Assembly: GCF_009914755.1 (NCBI RefSeq)
Contig: NC_060925.1
Direction: 5' to 3' (one strand)
Length of the DNA: 64,000 nt
From: the human T2T-CHM13v2.0 reference genome, Homo sapiens
A model generated the notes under the pieces. It saw nothing but the letters and a program-made list of their open reading frames with translations. It searched no databases and had not been told where the DNA came from. This document shows positions 1-13,180 of this stretch, piece by piece (position 1 is the first letter of the stretch; the number at the start of each line of letters is the position of its first letter). The position numbers and the translations under genes are program-made.

Positions 1-672
1 CTATGGGGGTGGGGACAGCAGGGAGGGCCCAGGGAATGGCAGGAGCCTCAAGGGGCAGCATTTGCCAATTTACAAGTTTATGATCTGGGGGGACTGTGAT
101 TGGCCCTCCCACCCTTGGGCCCCAGCAGCATGTGGAAGAAGGTTGCACTGCACTGGAGAGTGTCCTATGAAGAGAGCCAGGGGTCAGCTGCAGTGATGAG
201 AGGAAGGAACATGCAGGGCAGAGGCCGAGAGCATGAGGAAACTTGTTTAGTGTGGAGGACATTCTAGACTCGGGGTACTAGGAAAGGCCTGAGGGGGAGG
301 AGCTGTGAGAAGGAGAGTCTGTCCCCAATCAGTGAACAGGAACAGAGTCAAAGAAAGTTAAATGAAGCCCATTTGTACAGCACATTGCAATTCACAAAGC
401 ACTTTCCCATATGTGCTTGCAGATGAGCCTCATAACAGCTTTTCAGAGCAGAGAGGGAAAGGGATTTGCCCAGAGTCCAGCGGGTAGCCAGTGACCCAGT
501 CACAATGCGAACCAGGAGTGCCAGTGCCCAGTCTGGGTGCTCGAGCCTCCCCACAGACCCCAACATCCTCTTTCTACACTCAAGGATGGAAGCTTGTGGG
601 GATGTGCCTGACGGTCTTTTTTTGCCCTCTCTCCCTGCAGGACAGTAGCCCACACTTCCAGCCTTGCAGACC

Positions 673-1394
673 ATGAATGGGATGGCCAATGTGAATCCCG
701 CCAGCCGCCCTCACTACGCCTCCGCCATCCCGGTGCCTCGTGCCTCTTCCCAGACCAGGATTCCTACACCGGGCGCTTCTCCCCAGCTGCGGCCACGCCA
801 GGCCGGCCTGGCCCTGAGCCCACAGAGAGCAGCCTCCCCCAGACTGGGAAAGGCTGCAGGTCCTTCTAGAAACTCCTCTCCTAGGGCCTTCCGGGGGAGA
901 GGCTCTCCCAAGTTTGCTGGGGCGGTGAGGGAGTCAGCTGAGGATGGGGAAGGCCCCTTCAGCTCCCCATGGAATAGTCCCAGGACAACCCCGAAAGCAG
1001 CCCTCTCCAGCCGGGCTGGATCCGGAAGAATTGGCGAGAGACAAGGCACCCAGGGAAAGAAGAAAAAAGCCCAGGAAGGGACTCCAGTCTGCCAGACCCG
1101 GGGCAGAAGCCCTTCTCGGACGAGCTTTCACGGAGAAACTCAAATACCAGGGGCTCCGGAAGGTCGGAAGCCTCCAAGCTGCCCAGGAAAAGACCAAAGA
1201 GATATAAACTACAAAAGTTCTGGGACCCCCAGGTCTTTGGAGCCTGATGAGGGGGCAGCTTCGTGGGCTTCCTCTCCAGTCTGCAGCCCAGTGCAGGGCA
1301 AGCGCCCCTCTCCCTCTCCGGGGGCCATTAGCTTCTCCTCAGTCCATCAGCAGAGTCAGCCAGTCACAGCCACGGTGGCCCCCTTCCAGTACAG
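673..1394 (+). CDS. NAV1: NAV1 upstream alternative coding exon A (exon 641-1394, ATG 673); Ser/Pro/Arg-rich basic disordered N-terminal extension
   Basis: Acceptor tctttttttgccctctctccctgcag|GAC (exon starts 641). ATG 673 in accATGa context and a second in-frame gggATGg at 682. Frame is open to donor CAG|gtgagc (exon ends 1394, phase 2). Ends in TATVAPFQY-R, resembling the NAV2/NAV3 TATVAPF(L/I)YR motif as I recall it. Confidence 0.8.
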
Positions 1395-2098
1395 GTGAGC
1401 TGGGGAGCAGGCAGGGAGGGAAGGGGGAAGAGCCATGCTGGGACCAAGGGGCAAGCCGGAAGAGGACAGGGACCCTGGTGATCAGTGGCTGGTAAAGACC
1501 AGAGGGCCCCAGGCGATACAAAAAGAAGTTAGGTAGGTGGAGGCCTACAGAGTTGGGGGCTTGGAGAGCTGAGATGGGATTGGGACCATAAAAGGGGACG
1601 CTGACTGAAGCTCTGATCTTTCTCGACTGTGGGGAATCCACAACAAAAAGAGTCTCATAAGGAGGGTACCCCTAAAATGTCCATTTTTGCTCTCTGGAAC
1701 AATATAAAGATTGGGATGTCGTGGAAGCTTAAGCAGCTAGATACATAGGCAGTGTCAGTCTCACCCAATTCATTGTGGGACATTTGCCAACATTGTGAGT
1801 TAGACCAACTCTATTGGCTTGGGCACTGCGCCTTTACTTAGTAAGTAAAATCTACACTGCTTGTTGCACTCATACCTTGTACCTGTCTGTCTGTCTCTCA
1901 CTCGTTTGCTCACTCCATTTGCTATAGTGCCTTGTGCATATCTGCTTATGTGCCTGGCATATCAGGAATTAGTAATGCTTTAGACAGACAGGTGTTGACA
2001 TCCTTGTTGGTGGAGGTGGCCAGTCCAGTATTCACAACAAGATGGCCAACAAGCTAGTACATCCAGCTTTTTTCAGACACTGCAAGTTGATTGCATAG

Positions 2099-2433
<335 letters not shown>

Positions 2434-2789
2434 AACTATGCTTTTTTTAAAAAATAAAAATATAATTATACTAAAAAGACTTCAGTAAGTACACTAAATT
2501 TTAATTACTAATTATTATATAGTTTAGAAATGCCCAAATGCAAATTAAGTATCTTCCTGACTAAACTAACTTCCTATATTTTTTCCCCTATGCTAATGGA
2601 AGGAGAAACTCTCACTTATATTTTGGGCATAGAAAAGCTTGTACATCATCCCTTACACACCAGGGACCTCTGAGGCATCAGAGCGGCTGGAGGTGGGGGT
2701 AGGGAACCACTAGGAGCTTTAACCTTCAGCAGAAGGCAACTTGTGTATCTTAATCTCTGAAAAATTGAATGCAATTTAATATTACAGGA

Positions 2790-3240
2790 CTAGGCCTTTG
2801 GAGTTCAGGACAAGGAAGTGAATGGTCCCAATACACTCTGCACATGTTTAGGCTTCATTTAGACTGTTACATTCAGTTGTGAACACCACGTTTTAAAAGG
2901 ACATCGACATACAAAAACACATGTAGAGCAAGACTGACACGTTGCTGGGGGATCAAAAAAGGTGTTATAGGATGATGAAAGGAACTGAAGAAGTTTGCTT
3001 TGGAAAGGAAGGCTTAGAGAGGGTCTGAGCACTGTTTTCAAATATTTGAAGGGCTGTCATGTTGTAAGATGAATTAGATTTACTTGGTGCAGCTCCAAAG
3101 ACCTGACTCATCACCATGGTGGTTAGAAGTTAGTTCAAGACAGATTTGAGGCTCAAGAGCAAGAACTTTCCAAAAAGTAGAGAGGATTACAAATTGACCG
3201 GAAGGCAGTGAACTCCCTGTTATTGCAAGAATTCTGACTT
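2790..3240 (+). mobile_element. Ancient CR1/L3 LINE 3' fragment
   Basis: aaatatttgaagggctgtcatg...gaattagatt...ggaagtta...cagattt...agaactttc pattern resembles the L3 3' consensus; boundaries approximate. Confidence 0.6.
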
Positions 3241-3868
3241 CACAGCCAAAGGGAGGTCTTACCAGGGTGACCCCTGGCTCTCAAAGCATATCTTCTGCCT
3301 GACTGTACTGCCTGCAAAGTGCACTGATGCTTCTTTTCCTAAGGGGCAACTCACTTACGTCCCCTTGTGACTTTCTTTACTTCGATTCTGAAGCTGATGA
3401 GAGAACTCAAGAAGCAGAAATGCAGGGCAGGCCTTCCTTTGAATGGCCTTTTTCCAATTAGTAAAATGTTTCCCTGGTGACTCTTTGACTTTCTTCTCCT
3501 ACCTGATTCCCTTCATTTTGAATTCATTCTTTGGGAAAAGTGTCTAGGCATTAAATTGTTTAAGATTTTACATTATCTACCTTACAAGTCCCTTGGTATA
3601 TTCAGAACCTGACATTTTCCAAAGAGCTCAGAATTCTTCATTCAAATATTTTAATGCAGCTTAAACAGAACCATGTTTCCTTCATTCAGCAAACATTTAT
3701 TGCATGTTTGCATTTTAAACAGAAATGGAAATGTGTCACACCACCCTACCTCCTAGACCCTGCCCCTTTCAGTCTCTGGATTAGGGTTGGAGAGAGGGTC
3801 ATGGCACAAAGACCTGACTCATCACCATGGTGGTTAGAAGTTAGTTCAAGACAGATTTGAGGCTCAAG
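3096..3868 (+). repeat. Exact 62-bp dispersed direct repeat (3096-3157 and 3807-3868)
   Basis: caaagacctgactcatcaccatggtggttagaagttagttcaagacagatttgaggctcaag occurs twice, identical. Confidence 0.95.
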
Positions 3869-4865
3869 GGTGCGATTAGGACCAAGGACACTCCGAGATG
3901 CTGCACGCCAATGGGCAGGCACCCAGCACACTCTGCAGGGCCTAGAGCTGCTGCCATGGCAGCTCTGCCAAGGGCCAGGCTGGGCCACCCTTCAAAGCTT
4001 CATAGCCAAGGAGGTGCCATCTGCTTCCTAGAATCCACAGACATTGTGTTTTTGTGGAAATCTCTCCTCCCTCCCTGCCACCCGCCCCAGCACCTCAGCC
4101 TTCTGCAAAGCCCCAGTGGAATGCAGAAGCAGAGGTCACCTGCTTCCCTCCCCATCTCCAGCCTGGTCATGCCTGACCTGCTTCTCCAGGGAATGAATCT
4201 TGCAGCCATCTTCTCCCCTGCCCCATCCTCCACAGCCCTCTCTTTTCAAGGGCCTTGGTGTGGCCTTCCCAGTGAAGCTTGTCTCCTCTCATCCATCACT
4301 TCCCTTTGGACCCAGAGAAGGTGCAATCCCCTGTCCGCTCTCAGGAGACCCTGGTCTCACACATCTAATTCCATCACATCCTCAACCTCATCCCTCTCTG
4401 CTATCCTGGAAGAGAGCCACAGCAGCTTCACCACAGCCCTTGCTGACTTTTCCCAACTGCCAGTGCACCCTTTACCACCTCCCTAACCCCCAACAGTTCT
4501 CTTCTTCCTGCATTGGGTGGGCCTTGGGTTGGACTTCAATTGGAACTATGGTTAATGGTATCAGGAGCGTAGGGTTACTGGTGTCACTACTGCAATTTTC
4601 TTCTCTCTGGTTCAACCTCTGCCTGACTTCTGGCATACAGAGTGCTGTCCACTCAGGCTGAGAAGTGAGGGCGGACATGGAGGCCTGGCCATGTTTGGAG
4701 AGATGGAGGCAGATGTGGATAAAAATACAGAGCTGACTGAAATTAGAGATAAAGCCTGCCTTCCTCAATGTTTCTGCCATTGGAGTTTCTGGCCCATATG
4801 ACTGATGTAACCTCACCCACTCTTGCATCATATTAATGGCAGCAACAATCGTGACTGTAACTATT

Positions 4866-5368
<503 letters not shown>

Positions 5369-5646
5369 TATTCTTATTTTTAACACTGGTTATTGCATAC
5401 CTGCTCTGGCCCAGACGCTGTGCTTAGCTCTTTACATATATGATGTTAATCAATGAAACAGTTGACACATTATATAGAATTCCCTCTCCCCAGTAGAATT
5501 TTCTGTTACTTTCTCACCAATATGTTGCATCCCCTACTTCAAAATCCCAGGTCCATTCTAATTTCTTCCAAGAAACCAACCAACCCCAGTCTTTCTTTAT
5601 CCCCTTGGCACTTGTGTACTTGGACAGACATTTAATTGACAATAAG

Positions 5647-5944
5647 AGCCTGGTGCAGTGGCTCACACCTGTAATTCCAGCACTTTGAGAGGCTGAGGTG
5701 GGCAGATCTCGAGCTCAGGAGTTCGAGACCAGCCTGGGCGACATGGCAAAACCCCATCTCTACAAAAAATATGAAAATCAGCTAGGCGTGGTAGCTTGAG
5801 CCTGTAATCCCAGCTACTTGAGAGGCTGAGGTGGGAGGATCATTTAAGCTCAGGAAATCAAGGCTGTAGTGAGCCTTGATCATACCACTGTGCTCCAGCC
5901 TGAGTGACACAGTGAGACCCTGTGTCAAAAAAAAAAAAAAAAAA
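5647..5944 (+). mobile_element. Alu SINE (AluJ-like)
   Basis: Dimeric Alu with A tail. Confidence 0.92.
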
Positions 5945-7191
5945 GAGAGACAGTAGTACATGGCGATTGTCCCCATCATACCAAGCACCCCCAGGGGCCA
6001 GGATGAGGCCTCCTGCTTTCTCTAACGACACCCCACCCTGCACTATCCCCATCATTCACCTGAGGGGCCTGAGATACAAAAGAGCTCAGCACTGCCTAAA
6101 TAGCTTAGAAAAAGCTGAGCAGAAGCAGCAAACACCTCACAACCCTAGACTGTAAAACAGATCCCAGCCTTGAGGGGCATCTTTTCACCCCATGATGGAA
6201 GCCGGACCCAGAGAGGAGAAGAGATCTACTCCAGGTTATACAGTGAGTTAATGGCAAAATTGAGCCCAGAGTCCCGGCCATCTAGGCATTGAAAAAAGTG
6301 AAAACTGGAGAGAGAGAAAGACAAATCTCAGTGGCACTGGAGACTCTCAGGGTTCCATGGCCCAGCCCTTCAATTTCCCCTCCTGCCTGCACAGCCCTCC
6401 CCTCCCCCTCCTGCCAAGCTGCCAAAGTCTCCATTTAGCTGGAGACAGCGGGCGGATGGGTGGGCGGGCCAGCTCCCAGAGCCTAGGGTAATTGCCTATA
6501 ATGAAAGCTCCCACAGCCTTTGTTCCTGGGAGCAACTGTACGGTTGAGGTTGTGCTCAGAGGTCTGTGTGCACTTGGGAGCTGGTGCCCAGAGACCTCAC
6601 CCTTCCCTCCTGCTACCACAACGGGCCCAGCAAGAGACCTGTCCTCCCGGGAGTCACTGTGATTGCAGCTGAGCCTACTCCTCCTTCTTTCCTGACCTAC
6701 AAGCTGCCTGGACTACGAGCAAGCCCAAAGCCTGTGTGCCCCCTGAGCTACCAGGAATCAGTGACTTCAGCTTCAGAGGGAGCTCTTCCCTGTGTATATG
6801 TACATGGCTGTACATACATGCTCATCCTGAGGGCAAGGATCCTGGCAAGACAAAGGACCCAAGGCCTGGAGTTGCTAGGGTATCCCTCTGCCCTATAAGT
6901 GATAACGTTCCTGGGAAATGGGTAGACTGTAGAATGTCAAGGGGTGACAAGCATCGGGCATCCCAGTATCCTCTGGGGCTCCCTGCCTGGCGCAGCTTTG
7001 CACAGAAGGCCTGCTGCCTGCTGGAGGGCAGGCATGTGCACATACCCATCAGGGAGGGGCTGGCCCTGAGTGGTGCAGGGCACTATCAGAGAAGAAGAAC
7101 CAAGTTCTAAGAGGGTTTTCTTAGCCCCATGGAGGGGCTTAGAGACCAGGACATCTCTACCATGAGTGACTACCCTTTCTTGGTCCCACAG

Positions 7192-7295
7192 GTTGCAAAC
7201 TGACCAGAAACCTGGCCCCCTCTCCCAGGGCAGCTGGCCCCTTGATGGCTATGCTGAGCCCCTCCATGAGACTGAGGAGAGCTTCTCCTGCATGG
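7192..7295 (+). CDS. NAV1: NAV1 upstream alternative coding exon B (104 nt; R-LQTDQKPGPLSQGSWPLDGYAEPLHETEESFSCM-D)
   Basis: Acceptor ccctttcttggtcccacag|G and donor ATGG|gtaagt. Phase 2 entry completes the AG+G Arg codon from exon A. No stop codon; phase 1 exit matches the acceptor at 26426. Too short for the ORF track. Confidence 0.8.
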
Positions 7296-10200
7296 GTAAG
7301 TGATCTGGGGGAGACTTCCTCCTAGGGTCGGGAGGCCACTGTGCTAGAGCTGCCTAGATGGAAGAAGAAGTGACCTAGGCTGGATGGGTCCATCTCTTGA
7401 CAAGGAGACATCAACCTGTGAATTGCACTTTGAGTTTTCATCATGCTTGACTCAACCCAGGGTTGGTCCATCAAACCCAGGAGCCTTTTAGGGGCAGCAT
7501 AGGGAAGTGGCCAGGGGATGCCCAGGCTATGGGAGTCACTGCATGTGTGTGTCATGTGAGAAGTCCTGACACAAAGGTAACAAGCTGGGAGTGAGAGCCA
7601 GGTTCTGAGTGGTGCCCAGGTTGAAAAATGAAGGTGCTGGAATTAGGGAGGCAGGCCAGAGCCATCTGGCTTGCTGCCTGACAACACTTCCCCTTCCAGG
7701 ACCACTTTTAACAGGCCACTCCCACACATGTCCCCTTCCCCGTGTCATCCTGTAGTCATGAGATATCACCTGAGGCTCAGGCATGTGAGATTCACCAGGA
7801 AGATCCCTAAATTTCAAATACAGCAATATTCAATAAGGGCAGAGACCCTGACAGTCTCAGATGCATCTTCAGGTGCTCAGTGTCTCTGAATAAATGAATG
7901 ATGCATGGATGAGTGAGTGTCTTGGGTACCATAGGTCAGGCCCTAAGTGGGTCAGATTCAAAACTCAGCAGCACTTACGGACGTGTGCTGATTTTCCTAC
8001 AACATTAAAAAAGTATCTAGAGGATGGCTATGATTCACACCAGGGGTACATGAGGCTGCACACTGCAGGGAACCAGGTCAATCCTTTACTTTCCCAGACA
8101 AAGGGAAACTTGCCTCAACAAAGTAATAAATTTCCTTTTCACAAACCTGAGATTGTCCAGAGGGCTTGTCTCCCAGCTTTGTCTTGGTGCCCTGCTCCAG
8201 CGGGCCAAGCTGGGGCTTAGAACACAGCCTGACCCTGAGATCACCGGACAGGATGGTATACTGCTTCTGTCTTCTCTGTGCCCTGCTGGGCAGGTGGCCA
8301 GATATCCCTTCTTGGCCTGGGAGCTGGGACCTTTTGAGCCCTTTCTAGGCCTGGTCTATAGCAGTGATCTTGGAGCCACTGCAACCCTAAAAACAGAGCA
8401 GCAACACTCATTCTTCCATGACAAGCCTTGTGGAGGAGGGTTATGGGTTAAGGACTCAGCATTTGCAAAGCAAGCCATCTCCTTCCACAATAAATATACA
8501 TGCAAGAGAACCAGGGCATGGCAGGGGACAAAAGGAAACCAAATTTCTCTGGCACCGAAAAGCCATCAGAATTAGAATGTGGTAACCAGGAAACTATGTG
8601 GAGCTCTATTTTTACATTTGCAGTTTTGTTAGTGTAATGGCTTCCTCATGTGGATGCCACATTGTTAGAGCCTAATGATCTCCATGCACCTAACCCAGCG
8701 CTCGTTCACGATTATTATCCGATGAGTTGATGAGAGGTCTTTTACTTTTAACGTCTGTTGCAGACTAGCATTAGGAATCCCCCAGGCTTGTCAGCTGGAA
8801 GACCACCCTCACTGGTTAGATGTGAAACTGTCTGCTAGATCACGGTTGGGTACCTCTGGGGGGACAGAGTGCCGGGGAACATTTGGAGGAGGGTTTTACC
8901 AGAAAAGTGAGAAACACTGGCTTTCTCCAAGGCTCCTAGGGAAGAGGAGCAGGGTTCACTGCACTGCCTCTGCTCTGGTGCTAGCTAGTTGTCATGGTGA
9001 CCCATCTCTGCCGAGGATACGCCGAGCTCTTTGATGGGTTGGATGGGGAGAGAGATTTCGGATTTGCCTGCCTTGTGGAAGAGCCTGCGCTCTTCTGAGC
9101 TTGAAGAAAACAGAGAAGAGAGGAAGAGAGGAGGCAACTGAAGGATTTCATTTTATGCCTTGCCCTCTCACTCCCAAAGTCACTTGGGGCATGACATGAC
9201 TCATTCATTCATGTATTCTTTCATTCAATCTACAAACCATCAGTGAGTGTTTGCCTTGTGCTGAACACTGTGCTTGACACTGGGGTAAAAGACAAATAAG
9301 ACTTTGACCTGCCTTCAAGATGTTCACAGCCCAGGGATTCACTCCAGTGAGACTTATCTAGAGAATTTGTTGGGATCCCAGAAGCTGTGCCCAGTGACCT
9401 GCCCCTATAGGGGTTGACAAGGCAGCCAGTCAGTCCTGCCTCCCTCGCTAGGCCCCATGGCATAAGGAGGGCACTGAGCTTATTATCCCATTTATAGAAG
9501 GATAATTGGGTGCTTTGGAGAGTACTCCATCAAATATTTATATAATTCACAGAATCCAGCATAGTTATTTGACAGTTATTGATCATGTTATTTCCATATC
9601 AATTTGTAGATGGCTGGGGGTTTGGGGGCTTTTTTTTGAAGCTCATGTATCTTCCCTTCCTGACCATGAACTCATCTTGCCCCCCATCACCTAGCACAGT
9701 GCCTGGCGGTCAGGGTTTGGTGAAGGTATGATTTGAATGAATGAGTAAGGAATCCAATGTAAGTGGTTGTAGAGCTCTAAAATTTGTCCTCTATCAGCCT
9801 GTTTCTTCTCTACCAGCTGAGAAAGACCAACCAGTCTTTCTCTGCTCCTTTCCCAATGTGCTTCTCTCTGTCTTCCAAGCTCACTGAATGGGTTTGGGGG
9901 GTGAGTGCAGAGTCTTTGAGCGGAGCAGGAGAAGGCCAAAGAGCTTTCTCAGCCTTGTGCCACTTTCTTAATCTGCTTGGACTCTGGGCATAGAGTCCAA
10001 ACAAGGCTTTCTAGTATTTATATAGCAGGAGAATTTCCCATGATGACTTGCCTCCAACCTGGGGCACTGGGGATGTTCTTCATATATCCTGAAGGCCATC
10101 CACCAGCAGCTGCTCCTTCTGCCTCTGCCCTGGGGCAAGTGTGGAAATGCCCAGCCCACTGATGTTTGTACATGTGCCCTGACCCTCCCTGGCCCATCTG

Positions 10201-11029
10201 ATTCTGTTGGTGACAGCCCAGCACTGGTCCCATCTGCTGACTCTCCCTTTGGTTGCAGTCAGCACTGGGTAGTGTATAGACCACCATCAGATCTTAATTT
10301 GGACAGCCAAGAGAAGCCAAGGCTGACGTTACCGCGTGCCCACATGTGTGAGGCTGTGTGCAGGAGGACTGGGAAAGGTTGCCCCAAGGCTTATGCAGAT
10401 TCTTTAATGACTTCCACTTTGTGGCATGTTTGAATGAGCACTAAGTGGACCCACAATGAAGGGATCTTTTTCTCATCATAGTACGTGTTATCAGGAAAAA
10501 GCCAGAGCCTCCTCCCTGCCTCCTTCTCACACGAGGGTTGATATATAGAGAGAATGGGTGGGGCAGTGTGGAGTTTGGCCTCATACTAGGGCTGTTTTGC
10601 TTTTCTTCCTCTTTCTTCTCCCTTGTTGAGCTGGCTCCATCTTTAAGCCACAGTGAAGTTTTTCATGCCTTATGGATTTGAAATAGAGCAGGAATAGAGT
10701 ATTCATTCTAAGAGAACTTGCAAAGCTAGTGTGCCTGGGGCAGGAGCAAGGAATGGTAACTACTCTCTGGGAGAGAAGTTTGTTCTGGGGGTTTCAAACC
10801 AAATCCAAGTATTCCTGGACTACAAATGACTTGCATCAAAGAACATAGGAAGTCAAAGCTCTAACAAACTTTATAGATCTCCCAAATTTGGCCTCCTTTT
10901 CAATGAGGGAGAGATGAGACTCAGAGAAGAGAAGTGACTTGCTCAGGACTGCATAGGAAGTTAGCAGGTGAACTAAACCAGGACCACTGCTTTCTGACTC
11001 CTTAAACACTAAAAAGAACTAAATGGTAA

Positions 11030-12230
11030 TAATGACTATCACTTATTGAATACCCTACTATGTGCAGGGCATAGTGCCAAGTGCTTTACATAAAGTCCTT
11101 CATGAATACCTTATATAATCCTTTGAAGGTGTTATTATTACTCTGTGTTATGGATAGGAAACTCAGGCTCAGAAGGGTTATATAAAACCTGTCTGAGGAC
11201 ATCCAGCTAGGAGGCTGTGCCAGGATTCCATCCCAGGCTTGTCAAAAGGCCACACTCTTCTCTTACTCCCTGCCTTCCCAACTGCCGCCAGTACTCACTC
11301 AGTCGCACACTGTCCAAGCTCAACTCAGTCTCCCTTAGCCTCTGCCAAGCAATGAGGAAGGAAATGGGATCAGTGAGCCACAGTCCCTGCTCACATCTCC
11401 CTCAATCTGAGCAGGTCCCAGGATGCCACTGGCATCCCTGTCACTCCAAACCTATGTCATTTCATGCTGAGTTCACACTGCTGTGTTCTTTGCCCTCTGG
11501 GGACCTCCAGGCCAAGATGAGCCTTATGTCCCAGTCATCTGTGGAGAGAAGACATGCAGACAATTGACTAGAAAGTAGAAACAGTTCAGGGGCAGATGAT
11601 ATTAGCCGTGTTCTCAGAGCTTGAGCAGGTTGGTGCTGTTGTGGGGCAGAGGTGGCTTGGGAGTGCGAGGGTCTCTGGAGACTCTGTTGGATAAACAAAG
11701 CAGCAATCTAGGACCTGGTAGGCTTCCAGGAACTGGGACGGGAGGTCATAATAGCACTTGTAGCAGCAGCCGACACTTACCGTGGCTTACTGTGAACCAG
11801 GCATTGTTATAAGCACCTTTAATCCTTCTAACAACTGCATGAGGTTTGGAATCTAACTCCCTACTTGCCTTGCATCACAGCTTCCTCACTTGCTAGCTAT
11901 GCAGCCTTGGGGAACTTATTTAGTCTGTCTGTGCCCCTGTGTCCTTGGTTGTAACCAGGGATGATAACAGTGCTTTCCTCATAGGGTTTCGTGAGAATTA
12001 AATGCATGGATATTGGTAAAGCGCTTAGAAGAATGGCTGATACATAAGAACTGCTCAATATGTGTTTGGTGTTATTTGTTATTGAGGCAAGTGATGTTAT
12101 TATCACACCCACTTTGCAGATGAGGAAACTGGGATAGACAGGTTAAGTGGCTTGCCCAAGGTGGTCTAGCCAGGATTTGAACCCATGCAGCTGGTCTTCA
12201 GAGGTCATGCTCTTAACCATACGTTCTATG
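11030..12230. mobile_element. Cluster of MIR fragments in both orientations
   Basis: Hallmarks such as gaggaaactgag/gatgaggaaactg, aaggttaagtggcttgcccaaggt, ctcatagggtt...gagaattaaatg; boundaries approximate. Confidence 0.7.
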
Positions 12231-12661
12231 ACCTCACTGGAGGGGAAGATGACTCAAGTCTGGGAGTTCTCCCAGGGAGGCCAGGAGAGGCAGTGGGATC
12301 ACCAGCCTGGCTCTGGGAGGGGCTATGAAGGAAGAGGCCAGATAAGTAAGGTCATCCGAGGTACCTGCTGGAGGGGTTTGAAATAGAAACTGTAGGAGTC
12401 TGGATGCTATTTCTTTAGAGGAGTACAGGAGGAGGGAGGAGATTGACTTTTCAAGACAATATTTGGCTGGGAAGGGGATTTATCTCAAGGCAGTGGATTT
12501 GACCCAATGTTAGCCATTTCAGTGGAGTGGCAAGAATAGCAGAAGCTGGTCAGCTTGGAGCCTCTTTTCCCCGTGGCTACCTTGGACTCAGGCCCTCCCA
12601 CTCTAAAAGGTGTGTGAGTGATTCTACGTGGTTTTTGCAACTATGAGTGCTCCACATATAG

Positions 12662-13180
<519 letters not shown>

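Noticed and set aside
664-1398. 244-aa ORF as a stand-alone single-exon gene
   Set aside because: The start at 664 is TTG, and the stop TGA lies inside the gtgagc donor. It is better explained as a spliced NAV1 exon starting at ATG 673.
3857-4661. 209-aa and 153-aa plus-strand ORFs
   Set aside because: Non-ATG starts, overlap with degraded LINE-like sequence and the 62-bp duplicate, and no family resemblance.
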